Origin: the human T2T-CHM13v2.0 reference genome, Homo sapiens
DNA: 64,000 nt
Strand: one strand, 5' to 3'
NCBI RefSeq assembly: GCF_009914755.1
Contig: NC_060925.1
Shown here: in pieces, positions 1 through 17,077 of the stretch
Numbering within the stretch: position 1 is the stretch's first letter
Layout of the letters: each line of letters starts with the position of its first letter
Notes under the pieces: model-generated
Told to the model about the DNA's origin: nothing
Database searches by the model: none
What the model saw: only the letters and a program-made list of their open reading frames with translations
Made by a program: the position numbers and the translations under genes

Positions 1-277
1 GTTTCTTTTAGATTATTTATATTGTATAAATTTCTGTTTGTTGGATCATTGATCAAGGGGCATGAATACTGTTGGGGTCCCTGACACATAATCCCATGTT
101 TGCTTTTTTTTTTTTTTTTTTAAAGAAACTATACCCACTTATATTTCAGCAAGTAATGTGTAGGCAGAATGATTTTATTATAATTTTACCAGCATTGACT
201 ATTAATGTAAAAATGTTACAATAATTTAATTAGGCTTGAAGTGCTACTACATTATTTTCATTGTCATTCTGTTTCTT

Positions 278-632
<355 letters not shown>

Positions 633-1149
633 TAAACACTTTTATTCTATGTTTATTTTTTGTAGTTTCTATTTTGTAAACAGTCTTTTTTTTTCATTTC
701 TTTTTAAGTCACTGTCTATTTTGAGATGATTGCTTAATTTTTAATTTGTTACATTCTGAAGCTAGTGGATGAAAATCTTTTTTTCTTCTGGTAAACAGCT
801 GTATTTATTGAAACATTTTTTTGAATTTTTATGATGAGGGCCATTTAAAATGATTATACTTTTTAAATGTTACTGTTTTGTACATAGAAAAGTAGTGTGT
901 ACTTTTGGTACATATCTGTAAAATATTATGTGAAAGTCCCTGTAATACCATCCCCTTCAAAAGTAATCATTGTTAACTCTTTGTTATATGTTTCCTCCAA
1001 ATTTTTTACATGTTCTTTGATTAAGTCATTTTTTTAAAGCAAACATATTATTTTATCATGTGCCATGTACTGTGCTAGATATTGGTAAACCAAACACTTG
1101 TTGTATGTTAAGACATATTTTTGTTTTGTCAAATTTGCTACCTTAGTTC

Positions 1150-1356
1150 TTTTTTTGAGATGGAGTCTTGCTCTGTCACCAGGCTGGAGTGCAGTGGGGT
1201 GCGATCTCAGCTCACTGGAACCTCTGCTTCCTGGGTTCAAGCGATTCTTGTGTCTCAGCCTCCTTAGTAGCTGGGATTATAGGCACCCTCCACACACCTG
1301 GCTAATTTTTTGTATTTTTAGTACAGACAGGGTTTTGCCATGTTGGCCAGGCTGGT
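1150..1356 (-). mobile_element. 5'-truncated AluS-like SINE
   Basis: Alu right arm plus part of the left arm. Confidence 0.88.
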
Positions 1357-1626
1357 TTGTGCCTTAGTTCTTGAGGTTTAGGAATCATTATTTGGTACTT
1401 AACTTTCAAAGCATTTTACATTTATTTCAGATGTGTGGGTAAATCAAGATATAAACAAATGGTTAACTGACTTGGGGAGGTTAGGGTTTAAAAATATCAT
1501 TATATTGTAAATCTTTTGACCTTGACAGATGAACATAAGATTAATAATAAAACCTGTATGGTTGAGTAGATACACTTCTTACAATTAAAATTTAAGTTTT
1601 AATTTCAGTGCCATGTATTTTTTTAG

Positions 1627-1773
1627 GTAGTAGTCATCTTATAAGTACATCTTCTTGGCGAGATGGACAAAAATTAGTAAAGAAGATTCTGGGACCTGCT
1701 CCCAGAATGGAGCCAAAAGAGCAAAGAACAGCATCAAGTGACAGAGGTGGAAGAGAAAGAACTGCTAAATCTG
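1627..1773 (+). CDS. CEP350: CEP350 coding exon (147 nt, phase 1-1): GSSHLISTSSWRDGQKLVKKILGPAPRMEPKEQRTASSDRGGRERTAKS
   Basis: tttttag acceptor at 1625-26; G|gtaagt donor; open frame joining the next exon. Not in the ORF track. Confidence 0.93.
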
Positions 1774-2634
1774 GTAAGTAGCTATAATTAAAATAGTTGA
1801 GAAAACAATTAAAAATTGCTATTAAGTACTTAGAGAAGGAAAAAGTACTCTTAAGAATGTGTTAGGACTTTGCTTTATAATTTTGAATGTAGCTCAAAAA
1901 AGAAAAAAATGTTCTATTGGGCTTGGTTATGGATAATATCTGCATATAGGTGTTATGTTCATCTTTATGAAAAATTGTTTATGTTGTGTTAATTACATTT
2001 AGCTGTCATTGTGAATATGAAAGCATTATTGTAATGAAATCATATTAGACTTTTAGGGACCTTAGAGAGAATCAGGTCCAACCTGGTTCATCCCAACATA
2101 TTCAAGCAAACACGGACAAACATTCACAAGGTTGGATTTTTTTTATTTGACAGATTAGGAAACAGGCTCTGAAAGAGAAGTGATTTTTCCCAAGGGTTAT
2201 GTAGTCAGTGGGTGTCAGATTTGGTGGCAGAACTGTTTAGTTTGACCCTCAAGTCCACTGTTTTTCTCCTATCAAAGTTTCTTGAGTGAGTGCTATTTCA
2301 AATAACTACTTTTTTCATGAACAGTAATTTTGGGATGTGAAATATAAATACTCATATGCCAGTTTTTCTTTTCAGCAGCCAAATTTGTTTCAATTTAATT
2401 TGAATTTCTGGAATGGATTCAGTAAGATGCAGTTGCAACTATAATTTGGCATATAGAAGTCAATGTACATATACAATACTTTGTATTTGGGCCTCTTCAC
2501 TTTTATCTAGCTTGTAAATACGCTCATGTGTATTCCCAGTCTAAAGCCATGTTATCAGATAATTTGATGATAAAATTATTTTTTTTCTGTATATTTAAGT
2601 TTTTCCATCCTTCACTGGAGAGTTGTAGAGGCTT

Positions 2635-2760
2635 AACATTTATTCAACAAATATTTACTGAGTGCCCACTACATAGCAGGCACTGCTGTAATCTCTAGGG
2701 CTTCAGAATAAGCAAAATAGACCCAAATCCCTGGCTCTGTAGAAGAAGCATTCTAGTAAA
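2635..2760 (-). mobile_element. L2 3' end fragment
   Basis: attcaacaaatatttactgagtgcccactac...aggcactg motif typical of the L2 terminus. Confidence 0.65.
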
Positions 2761-3544
2761 AGGAATCATTATATTCTTCATATGTTTCTTGCTAACCTTT
2801 GCACATTTTCTCTGGAAATAGAGTAAAATACACAAAATTTTAAAAATATTTGAGCATTTGTTATACAGATGTTTAAAAATGTGAATGTGATCAGATGAGA
2901 GACTAATTCTGATCTTTTCCTTATATCAACAGGAAATATAAAGTTTCAGAAATCCTTTGATAAACTTACCTGAACATGGTGCCATTTCATGTAATTATGA
3001 AATGGGTCAGTGTTGTAGAATTTTCAGAAAAACTAATATTTTCAGTGCCATTATTATTTGGCATATGCAGTCTGGTCTTTGCAAAGCTTTAAAAATATAT
3101 TTTTTATGATTATTAAGGCATTTCCATTTCCTTGCTTCTCATTGGGATGCCTTCCACTAAAAAGATTGTTGACCTTTTTAACAGCCTTTTGAGGGGTTGT
3201 GGAGAGAGAGAAATAGTAACACTAAATATGTATATAAGAGAGAAATCGAAATGCTAAATATTCATAACAACCATAAGAGCTATCTTTTTTGTCCAGAAAT
3301 ATTTCAAACTGTATTTAAAAACAAACCAAGGAAATATAGTTTTTCAGAAGATTGAGATTCTTCTTTTACTGCTAAAAAGGGAGGCTTTTCTTTCCTTTTA
3401 TAATTTTCTTCAGAAGACTGTAAGATATTTGAATTTGAGTTTAAGTAAGATAAAATGAAATTCTCTAATTTTCTTGTTAATGCAGTTAAATCTTAGGAAT
3501 GAGTATAGAATTTCGGTATATCACTAACAGTTCATACTTTGCAG

Positions 3545-4203
3545 GGGGTCACATTGGAAGAGCAGAATCTGATCCCAGGTTGGACGTTTTACATAGACAT
3601 CTTCAAAGAAACTCAGAACGTTCGAGAAGTAAATCTCGGTCTGAAAATAATATAAAGAAACTAGCTTCATCTCTTCCAGATAATAAGCAGGAGGAAAATA
3701 CTGCCTTAAATAAGGACTTTTTACCTATTGAAATTCGTGGCATTCTTGATGACCTACAGCTGGATTCTACAGCTCACACTGCAAAGCAAGATACTGTAGA
3801 GTTACAGAACCAGAAGTCATCAGCACCAGTACATGCTCCTAGGAGTCACAGCCCAGTAAAAAGAAAACCTGACAAAATAACAGCTAATGAAGATCCCCCT
3901 GTTATTTCCAAAAGGCGCCACTATGACACAGATGAGGTACGACAGTACATTGTTAGGCAGCAGGAGGAAAGGAAGAGAAAGCAAAATGAAGAGAAGAAGG
4001 CTCAAAAGGAGGCTACAGAACAGAAAAACAAACGATTACAAGAGCTCTACCGGAAGCAGAAGGAAGCCTTTACTAAAGTAAAAAATGTCCCTCCTTCTGA
4101 GCCATCAGCAACTAGGCGACTACAGGAAACTTACTCCAAATTGCTACTAGAAAAGACCTTGCTTGAAGAGCCATCTCATCAACATGTTACGCAGGAAACA
4201 CAG
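3545..4203 (+). CDS. CEP350: CEP350 coding exon (659 nt, phase 1-0): GGHIGRAESDPRL...QHVTQETQ
   Basis: Core of ORF 3499..4293; tttgcag acceptor, CAG|gtaata donor; contains a coiled-coil segment (YIVRQQEERKRKQNEEKK). Confidence 0.96.
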
Positions 4204-4487
4204 GTAATAGTAGTGACATATACAAAGAAGAGTCATTCATGGTTAGGAAATGCTTATTTGCTATACTATTTAAAAATTACCCATCATTCCTAGTATGCTC
4301 AGATAATACTTATAATAATCATGGCCTTCATGAAATATATTAAATATGAGGAGTAATGTGATAAATGTGATGGAAAATAAAAGCTGAATTAAGAATTTCC
4401 TACAGTGATTGTTACTGATTTATTTTCCTCTCATCATTGCTATTAGTTACATCCCTGCATAGTTTTCATTGTAGTACTGAACAAGTA

Positions 4488-4880
4488 CAGTTGACCTTTG
4501 AACGATGTGGGGGTTGGGGTGCCAACCCCTTTGCAGTTGAAAATCCACATATAACTTTTGATTCTCCAAAAACTAAACTACTAATAGCCAGCTGTTGACT
4601 GGAAGCCTTATAACATAATGTTGATTAACACATATTTTATATGTTGTCTATATTATACACTGTATTCTTGCAATGAAATATGCTAAAGAAAATATTATTA
4701 AGAAAATCATAAGGAAGAGAAAATATATTGACTATTCATTAAGTGGAAGTGGATCATCAAGGTCTTTATCCTCGTCATCTTCATGTTGAGTAGGCTGAGA
4801 GGAGGAGGAAGAGGAAGAGTTGGTGTTGCTGTCTCAAGGGTGGCAGAGGCAAAAAGGTAGAGATGGAAGGGGAGGCAGGA
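4488..4880. mobile_element. Tigger2/Tigger2a (TcMar) DNA transposon fragment
   Basis: TA + cagttgacctttgaac terminus; internal ttgaaaatccacatataacttttg...gagtaggctgagaggaggaggaagagg matches the recalled consensus. Confidence 0.8.
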
Positions 4881-4909
4881 GGTGTGCACCACCATGCCTA
4901 GGAAATTGT

Positions 4910-4915
<6 letters not shown>

Positions 4916-4948
<33 letters not shown>

Positions 4949-5231
4949 TTTGAGACGGAGTCTCCCTGTCGCCCAGGCTGGAGTGCAGTGGCGCGATCTC
5001 GGCTCACTGCAGGCTCCGCCCCCCGGGGTTCATGCCATTCTCCTACTTCAGCCTCCTGAGTAGCTGGGACTACAGGCGCCCGCTACCTCGCCCGGCTAAT
5101 TTTTTGTATTTTTATTAGAGACGGGGTTTTACTGTGTTAGCCAGGATGGTCTCGATCTCCTGACCTCCTGATCCGCCCGCCTCGGCCTCCCAAAGTGCTG
5201 GGATTACAGGCGTGAGCCACCGCTCCTGGCC
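4916..5231 (-). mobile_element. AluY with a (TTTA)n tail, nested in an older Alu (remnants at 4881-4900 and 5232-5335)
   Basis: CpG-rich AluY diagnostics (ttagccaggatggtctcgatc); TSD ggaaattgtttattt at 4901-4915 and 5232-5246. Confidence 0.9.
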
Positions 5232-5546
5232 GGAAATTGTTTATTTTTTGTAGAGACAGGGTCGCACTGTGTTGCCCACACTGGTCTTGAACACCTGGAC
5301 TCAAGTGATCCTCCCACTTTGACCTCTCAAAGTGCCTGGCTCTCCGTTGGATTTTAGATGGTGTTTTGCTATTAGTAATGTTTGTTTTTAAGACAAAATA
5401 AATTTTAATTGGTTTTGTTTGACAAAAAAAAACCACTACATTTTATGATCTTTGTAGAGCTGAGGTGACTTAATGTTTAACTTAGGTGCTACCTGAATAT
5501 ATCTTTGTGACAGAACTCATATAAATTTGATGTCCTTTTCTCCTAG

Positions 5547-5668
5547 GCCAAACCAGGGTATCAGCCATCTGGAGAATCTGACAAAGAAAACAAAGTACAG
5601 GAACGTCCCCCAAGTGCATCTTCCAGTAGTGACATGTCTCTCTCAGAACCTCCACAGCCTCTTGCAAG
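5547..5668 (+). CDS. CEP350: CEP350 coding exon (122 nt, phase 0-2): AKPGYQPSGESDKENKVQERPPSASSSSDMSLSEPPQPLA
   Basis: ttctcctag acceptor, AAG|gtaaaa donor; frame continuous with neighbours. Confidence 0.93.
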
Positions 5669-6358
5669 GTAAAAAGGGAAGAATGAAAGATGATTAAGAT
5701 TCTTTTCATGAAATTTAGCGGAGTGGTCTATGTTCAGAGAATTTTGTTGACTTTTGTGAACAAGAGGGCAGAGAGGTTTATTTACAAATTGGTTCATATC
5801 TTCTGAAATTTAGGCATAGTGCACATCTGTACTTACTGTATACCCTAGGCTAATTGTTCAAATTTTACCTTTTAATGTAAATGTCAGTTTCTTTTACAGT
5901 TGGAAGCACTCTTGCCTTCTGTGAACTAAACACACAATAAAAGTGTGTTGGATGAATGAATGATGGTGAAATTTTAAAGTGTTTTTGGTTAATTTCAAAC
6001 GGGTTTTTGTGTCTACTGCTATTTAAAATTTCTTATGTGTAAGAACAATTTAGCCATTGTACTTTCGAGAGCTACCTTTGGATATGCTTGTGGACACATT
6101 AATAAGGACTAGGAAGGGATCTGATTTGATTTCAGATAGTCAACAGACTATTTTACCTTAAAATACTTTTTTGCTGTAATATATTGTTTGCAATAAAGTA
6201 AACAAAAAAACTGTGAGTTTGGAAGTAAAGGTGATGTTTAGGTTATGTGGTTATAAATTATACTTTGTAATAATAACCATTTTGGAAAGGGAAAGATTTT
6301 GAAACTCTTTGAGAACACGTAAATAGAAATCAAAATCACTATCCAATTTTGGGTTATG

Positions 6359-6950
<592 letters not shown>

Positions 6951-7699
6951 CTACTCCCCAAAAGTGAAATGTTTCATATGATTTGCTTAAGGTTCTAAAT
7001 ACATTTCAAACTTTAAGTATAAATAAACTTAACATTTTTGTTTTGAATTTGAATGCTTCTATTTATTTACTTATTTTTCTAAGTGTCGTCTCTGGAGAGG
7101 ATTGAATGCTTTTAGATGGGTGATACTCTCTAGTTCATCTCAGTCCTATTGTTGTCAGACATACCCTGCTATATTAATGTCTTCAATTTTTATCTTTCTC
7201 TGAATTTCCTTCTAATTCTAAACAAGTTATCCAATATTAAAAGCAAGCCAAACACAAACAAATCTAGTGTTAGACCATACTACCTTGTACCAGTTTCTCA
7301 CTTTTCTTTTAATATCCAACTTCTTTGACTCCTGATGTCTAACTTATTGCGTCCACTTTCTTGCTACCCAGCTTCTGAGCTCCCCCATTCCCGTTAATAG
7401 TTTTAGCATAACTTTATGTTTAAAAGCATGTTACTTTTTGCTTAAAATTTGGCATTTCTTTTCCTTACTCTTTATAGCATATTGTGTTAACTACCTGGAA
7501 AACTCCAGGTTTCATATCTCACCTTGAAAACTGAAGATCCAGCTTAACAAACACTTTCCTTGGCTAGCAGAGTTAATTGCTGCTTCATCTATACCCTACT
7601 GAACTTTTTAAATCTTTGTTTTAGTATTTGTGATGTCTTATTTTAGCTGTTTGTTTGTCATCCCTGCTAGATCTTGAGATCTTAAAGTGTAAGGATTAA

Positions 7700-8018
<319 letters not shown>

Positions 8019-8407
8019 CAGGATTAACTGGATTAAGTATATTCATTTTTGTCTCCTGTTTCTCTACCATCAACATATCACCTGCTATAAAATTGGCATT
8101 CTAAATACTTGAATTTAAAGCTCTTGGATTTTTATTCATCAATATCTTTTATATTATAACTTCCCTTGTATTCCTATTACTACCAGCTTAGTTTAGGCCC
8201 CAATAGCCTCACACTTTGCATTTGTAATAGCCTATATTCTAAGGCATAGAATCTGTGCTCTAGTCTTTCTTCCTTCATTCTAATGACATGCTTTTCAACT
8301 TATTATTACCCTGGTTACCCCCCTTCAGATGACTTATTTTAACCCAATTGCAGAAGTTTACATTTATCCATATTAGTTTGGTTTACGATTGCAGCCTATA
8401 AAAATAA

Positions 8408-8865
<458 letters not shown>

Positions 8866-9649
8866 TAAGGGTCTTCTTAATAGTTGACATCATCCTGTAA
8901 TCTCTCTGTAGTATCCCTTAATATAGAGGAAGTCTATGGTCTGGAAATATAGGTAAATACACATAATGTTGTTTAGGACATCTTTATTCTGTTTCTAGAC
9001 TTAATGGATACCCTACCCTGTATATTTGTATTTATAGTTGCATATTTATAGTTGGCACTGATAGTTTTGCATTTGATTGTTTCACGTTCATTAATTTTTT
9101 ACAAGTATTAATAGGTTATAATAACCTCCCTATTTAGCATGTACATTGTTAAACATAAGTGTTCAGCATATAGTAAATATTTGTTGATTAGAATAATCTA
9201 TATCATGTCTACATTAATATTTAGCAATTTTAAGCATTTCTCTTTTATGTAATGTTATTTTAAAAATTATAATCAGTATTGTAAGGAATTCTGTTTATAG
9301 AATTTTAAAGATCTTATTGCCTTTTTAATAGTTTTTTAAAAATATGGCATCTTAGTTGAAAAAAGCAGCTTGCAAAACAGTATATATGGTAAAATCCCAT
9401 TTTTGTACAAACAATACCACCAAAACATAATGTACAAATAGAAAAATGTTTGGAAGGATATAATTCTAAATGAAATATTAACAGTGCCTCTTTTTTATTG
9501 TTTTGCTGAGTGATCTTTATCTTTTTTATATTTTTTATCTGTCCTTTTTTTGTTGCAGTGCATCCTCATTACTCTTATAATCAGATAAAAAAAAAACTTT
9601 TTTAAAATGGTGGTTTAGTTAACTAACATATTGTGACTTTCATTTCCAG

Positions 9650-10710
9650 AAAAGACTTGATGGAATCTACATGGATGCAGCCTGAAAGATTGAGCCCACA
9701 AGTTCACCATTCTCAACCACAGCCTTTTGCTGGAACAGCTGGAAGTTTACTCTCCCATCTCTTGAGTTTAGAGCATGTAGGAATTTTGCATAAGGATTTT
9801 GAATCTATTTTACCAACCAGGAAGAATCATAATATGGCTTCAAGGCCATTAACTTTTACACCTCAACCATATGTGACCTCACCAGCTGCTTATACAGATG
9901 CCTTGTTAAAACCTAGTGCCAGCCAATATAAGAGTAAACTGGATCGTATTGAAGCCTTGAAAGCAACAGCTGCTTCTTTGTCCAGCAGAATTGAAAGTGA
10001 AGCCAAGAAATTAGCTGGGGCCAGCATTAACTATGGGTCAGCATGGAACACTGAGTATGATGTGCAGCAGGCACCTCAAGAAGATGGACCTTGGACCAAG
10101 GCTGTAACTCCACCTGTGAAAGATGATAATGAAGATGTTTTCTCTGCCAGAATTCAGAAGATGCTGGGAAGCTGTGTATCTCATGCAACTTTTGATGATG
10201 ATCTTCCTGGTGTAGGCAATCTTAGTGAATTTAAAAAGCTTCCTGAGATGATAAGACCACAGAGTGCCATATCAAGCTTTAGAGTGAGATCCCCTGGTCC
10301 CAAACCACAAGGGCTACTGGCACAGTTATGTAAAAGGCAGACTGACTCTTCTAGCTCTGATATGCAAGCCTGTTCTCAAGACAAAGCCAAAATATCTCTT
10401 GGTTCCAGCATAGATTCAGTCAGTGAAGGGCCTCTTCTTAGTGAGGGGAGTCTCTCTGAAGAAGAGGGAGACCAGGATGGACAGCCCCTTTTGAAAGTAG
10501 CAGAAATTTTAAAAGAAAAGGAATTTTGTCCTGGAGAAAGAAATAGTTATGAACCCATCAAAGAGTTTCAGAAAGAAGCTGAAAAATTCTTGCCACTTTT
10601 TGGGCACATAGGTGGTACACAAAGCAAAGGACCATGGGAAGAATTGGCAAAGGGAAGTCCACATAGCGTCATTAATATTTTTACAAAATCCTATCAGTTA
10701 TATGGAAAAG
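9650..10710 (+). CDS. CEP350: CEP350 coding exon (1061 nt, phase 2-1): RKDLMESTWMQPE...SYQLYGK
   Basis: Core of ORF 9633..10778; tttccag acceptor, AAG|gtgaga donor. Confidence 0.96.
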
Positions 10711-11056
10711 GTGAGAAAAATAAATATAGCTTGTACTGTTTGTATATTAAGATGAATTATTTTATAATTTCTGTATGAGATATGTACTTTAGTACACATT
10801 TTTCGTTGAGTGGATAATGGAGACTTATTACTGTCCGTATTAGTCATCTTCTAAATTTCCTGCAAGCCTTAAGTAAGAGTATTAGTAATTTAATCTTTAA
10901 AATTTCATTTTAAAATTGTTATTATCATAAAATAATAGTTGAGACTGGTAGCTTTAGAAATTTTTATCTAGTTCAGAGAAATTCATAGATGATGTTCAGG
11001 ATTGGATATATATCACGTATATACTACATTTTCTGTGACCATAGTTATGTACTTCA

Positions 11057-11514
<458 letters not shown>

Positions 11515-12398
11515 TCAGACTTTAAACAATAATGTAGCTATATATTTGATTCCTAAAACAGTAACTTCTAAAGTTCCCTTCTTATACCTGAAATCCTGCA
11601 ACACAGTTTTCTTTTCTATGATAGACTCAATTCCTTCAAGTCCCTTTCTCTATCCTTCCTGCTATATATGGAATCTGCCCATTTTATACTAACATTATCT
11701 TAGAATTTCCGGATTGGAAATTTCCCCTCTATATAGTGAATGGATTTCATCTGTTCCTCTTATGCTCAACTGGGTATCACATTGCTTTTTCCTAGAATTC
11801 ATATTTAGGTATTTCTTAATGGTCTTGTATAGACCTTCATATGCTATTGCTTTCTTTTGTTTAGCCACATTTCTATTAGTGGTAATTTTAAATTTGTTTT
11901 GATTTGAAAGTTATTTTGATTTCTTTTGATGAAAGTAAAATGCTTAAATCAACATCATTTTTAATAAGAAAATTGTTTCTTCTTAAATTCTGTTAAATTT
12001 TCATTAAGATTTTATAGTTAAACTGAAATATTTAGAGATGAAATGAGAATGAAATGTTGTCTGGAATTTGCTTTAAAATAGTCTGGGGGGTGGGAGATGA
12101 AGGTAGTAGGAGGTTTATTTGAAACTAGATTGGTGATGTATTGGTCATTGTTGAAGCAGGATGATGAATACTTTGGTTTCATTATACTAGTCTCCCTGTT
12201 TTCTGTATGTTTTAAAATTTTCCTAATTAAAAGCTTTAAAAAAGTATCATTGGTTATAAAGGTAAATAGAAAAGAGGCACTATTAAAGGAAACTAAAATG
12301 TCCCTAAGCCCATATTGCTAATCTCCATGTATGGGATGCTTTTCTTACAGTTTCTTGATTTTCGTTTTTAACCATGTTTCAATTATTACTTTTGTCAG

Positions 12399-12549
12399 GG
12401 TTTGAAGACAAGTTGGACAGAGGAACATCAACATCACGGCCTTTGAATGCCACCGCAACTCCTCTAAGTGGTGTTTCATATGAAGATGATTTTGTCTCCT
12501 CTCCAGGGACTGGGACTTCGACAGAAAAAAAATCAACTCTTGAACCTCA
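12399..12549 (+). CDS. CEP350: CEP350 coding exon (151 nt, phase 1-2): GFEDKLDRGTSTSRPL...KKSTLEP
   Basis: tttgtcag acceptor, CA|gtaaga donor; open frame. Confidence 0.93.
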
Positions 12550-12659
12550 GTAAGATATATTGGCAATATGGAATAAACTCTGAAGAGTGAGAAAAATGTA
12601 CAAATGAGAACTCTGGTCTGAATATTAGCCAAGTTTTGCTCGTTTAAAAATACATATAG

Positions 12660-13030
<371 letters not shown>

Positions 13031-14119
13031 AGTATAGGTTATGAAATCAGTCCATGAATTCCTAGTACAGTATTGGAGTATTGGGAAATTATTCCATGCT
13101 ATACTAACATAAAAAGCTTAAGAAATGGTTTTCTGTGATAGAATTGAGGAAGATCAGATAGATACATGACTCCATGGTTCCAAGTAATAAGTAATTTTCT
13201 TTATAATCAAGAAAACATTGAAAAATTTGCAAAGCTTTGAAAAACAATAATTATAATGATTATAACATCTGATAATTATTGGGCACTTAGTGTGCAAGAC
13301 ACTGAAAGGACTGAGGGACTTTACCTGTATTAACTCATTTTTATGATAGCCTGATGTGGAAAGTATTACTGTTATCATTTCTGTTTTAGACAGCAAACTG
13401 AAGCAGAGGTTAAATTACTTGTACATAGTCACATAGTAAGTGAATCAGACTTCGTTGGAGAGAATTTTCTCCCTATATTTAGCTGCCATAAAAATTTATC
13501 TGTAATTATTCATATTTAATATCATCTTTTTCAAATATTACAAATTGTAATCCATGTAAAATTATTAGGTAATCTTATACAAATTAGTTAAATCTAAATA
13601 GATTAATAGGAATAAGTATAAAAATTATATGAGAAAAAGCATAGTTTTAAGTTTTGAGCTCTAAGGAAAATATGAAATTTTTAAATAAAAACCTTCAAAG
13701 ATTTATGGTGACATTTAATATCACCAATCAATATGATTTGATGCATTTTATTTCCAGGTAGAGGTAGAACATATTAAGTTATTGTTCTCCATAAGAATAT
13801 AAGAGGAGAAATAGTTATAATATATAAATTATAAATTTGAATAGAAATTGAGGCCATATTTTCCAGTATTCAACATTATACATTTTTCTCTAAATATTAG
13901 TTTTTATTGGTTTCACTTACCTTTGATTTTTCTTAGTAATAAATTGAACCATAGGGAACAATCCAGGCTTATGGTGGTTAAAAAAAAATAATAAAGTGTT
14001 AAGCCATCTTTGATTGTAGTTATAGTCTCCTAGTGATTACATAGATTTTTAAATATCTTTAATTTAGCTGTGTTGTAAGACTTTTCTTTCTGGAACTACT
14101 ATTATTTATTCTTTGACAG

Positions 14120-14283
14120 TAGCACTTTAAGCCCTCAGGAGGACCATTCTAACAGAAAGTCTGCCTATGATCCTTCCTCTGTGGATGTTACCTCCCAGCA
14201 TTCATCAGGAGCCCAGTCTGCTGCATCGTCTCGTTCATCTACTTCTTCTAAAGGAAAGAAAGGAAAAAAGGAAAAGACAGAAT
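14120..14283 (+). CDS. CEP350: CEP350 coding exon (164 nt, phase 2-1): HSTLSPQEDHSNRKSAY...KGKKGKKEKTE
   Basis: ttgacag acceptor (CAGTAG tandem), T|gtaagt donor. Confidence 0.92.
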
Positions 14284-14515
14284 GTAAGTGGAATTCCACA
14301 TGGTAACTTTTTCTCTTACCAATGATTTTGTTGTAGTAATCTAAAGTTATGATTTGATCGCATAAGAAGTTAGAAGAATTTCTTATGGTAATGTAATTAG
14401 CTTTCATATTTATTTATCATTATAATAATACCTTTTGATATATAACATCATGAATCTTTTCCTTAATACAAAAGGAATACATTTGCAATGATAAAAAATT
14501 AAAAATTAGAGATAA

Positions 14516-14895
<380 letters not shown>

Positions 14896-15307
14896 ACACA
14901 TGACTTTATTTTAAAAACAAATGTAAATAATTGCTTTGCAGTTGGTTTTTTAAAAAAACTTTATAGTATATACATCTCTGAGTATCATTAAATATAATAC
15001 CCAAATGTCCTTATCTATAAAATAGAGATAATAATAGATATGGTAATTTTTAAGCTTATATGAAATTAAGGGAGATAATGTATACATTCCGGTACCTAGC
15101 ACTGTAGCTGACTTATTGGCATTCAGTAAATATTTTTGAGTGATTGAGATGCCCTTCAATGTCCTCATTTCTACTCTTGGCTTAAATTTGCTCTATAGGC
15201 CTACGGAGATGGATAATCACTGTACAAAGTGATTAGGCAAAGGCTTTGTAAACTCACAGGATGGTGTCTAGCTAGGGGAATGATTTTGCTTCCAAAAATG
15301 TTTTTTC

Positions 15308-15635
15308 TGGAAGCTGGAAGCTGTCATTCTCAGCAGACTAACACAGGAACAGAAAACCAAACACCGCGTGTTCTCACTCATAAGTGGGAGTTGAACAATG
15401 CGAACACATGGACACGGGGAGGGGATCATCACACACTGGGACCTGTCGGGGGGTTAGGGGTAAGGGAAGGGAGAGCATCAGGACAAATACCTAATGCATG
15501 CGGGGCTTAAAACCTAGATGATGGGTTGATAGGTGTAGCAAACCACCATGGCGCATATATACCTCTGTAACAAACCTGCATGTTCTGCACATGTATCCCA
15601 GAACTTAAAGTAAAATAAAAAATACATAAAATAAA
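15308..15635 (+). mobile_element. L1PA 3' end (5'-truncated)
   Basis: ORF2 terminus/3' UTR: ttctcactcataagtgggagttgaacaatg...gaacttaaagtaaaataaaa. Confidence 0.9.
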
Positions 15636-15751
15636 TCCTACTCATTGAGCTAAAAGTCTTCAGGGGGTGGAAGGAACAGGAATAGGAGGAAGACATCAAT
15701 GAATATAGAAACCTATATTTAAAAGTAAATCTCCTCTAGTTCTTTCTCTTA

Positions 15752-16140
<389 letters not shown>

Positions 16141-16144
16141 CTGC

Positions 16145-16860
16145 CTATTTTAATTGTGGTAAAATATACATGACATAGAATTTATCATTTTAACCATTTT
16201 CAAATATACAGTTCAGTGACATTAAGTACATTCACATTATTGTTGCAAGCATCACCACTGTCCTTCTCCAGAAATTTTTCATATTCCCCTACTGAACTCT
16301 GTATCCATTAAATAATAACTCCATTCTTCTGTCCATCAGCCGCTGGTAACCACTGTTCTGTTTTCTGTCCCTATCAATTTGACTACTCTGCGTACTTCAT
16401 ATAAGTGGAATAATAGAGTATTTGTCCTTTTTATCTTGCTTATTTCACTTAGCATAATATCTGACTCACCGTTCATCTATGTTGCAGCATGTATCAGAAT
16501 TTCCTTTCTTTCTATTGCTGAATAATACTCCATGCTGTGTATATGCCATATTTTGTTTATCCATTCATCTGTTGATGGACATTTTGGTATTTTCCACCTT
16601 TTAGCTATTGTGAATGATGTTGCTATGAACATTGGTGTACAAATACCCTATTTGAATCCCTGCTTTACCCAGATACAGAATTGCTAGATCAAATGGTAAT
16701 GCCATGTTTAATTTTTTGAGGAACTGCCATAATGTTTTCTATAGCAGCTGTACCATTTTACTTTCCCACCAGCAATGCACAGGGTTCTATTTTGTCTACA
16801 TTTATGCCAGCACTTTATATTTTCTGCTTTTTTGATAATAGGACATCCTAATGGGCGTGA
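16145..16860 (-). mobile_element. L1MB-like 3' region
   Basis: ttttaattgtggtaaaatatacat...gctgaataatactcc...cccaccagcaatgcac. Confidence 0.82.
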
Positions 16861-17077
16861 AATGTTAACATTTTTAGCAAGAGTCCTTCCAGACAATTTG
16901 TAGGCACACACAAATAGGCAATTTTATGTGTATGGGATCACATTTTACATGCAATTTTATTCTGTCTGTAGGGTATGGGTATCTTTTTCTGTCAGTAAAT
17001 ATGGATTACCATTTGTAAGGATTACCCACTAAATAAACTCTAGACCCATTAAGTAACAGAATACTATTCTGTTTTGG

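Noticed and set aside
1625-1633. Additional AGs (tag gtag tag) at the first exon's acceptor
   Set aside because: The +4 and +7 offsets shift the frame, and nothing in the sequence suggests use.
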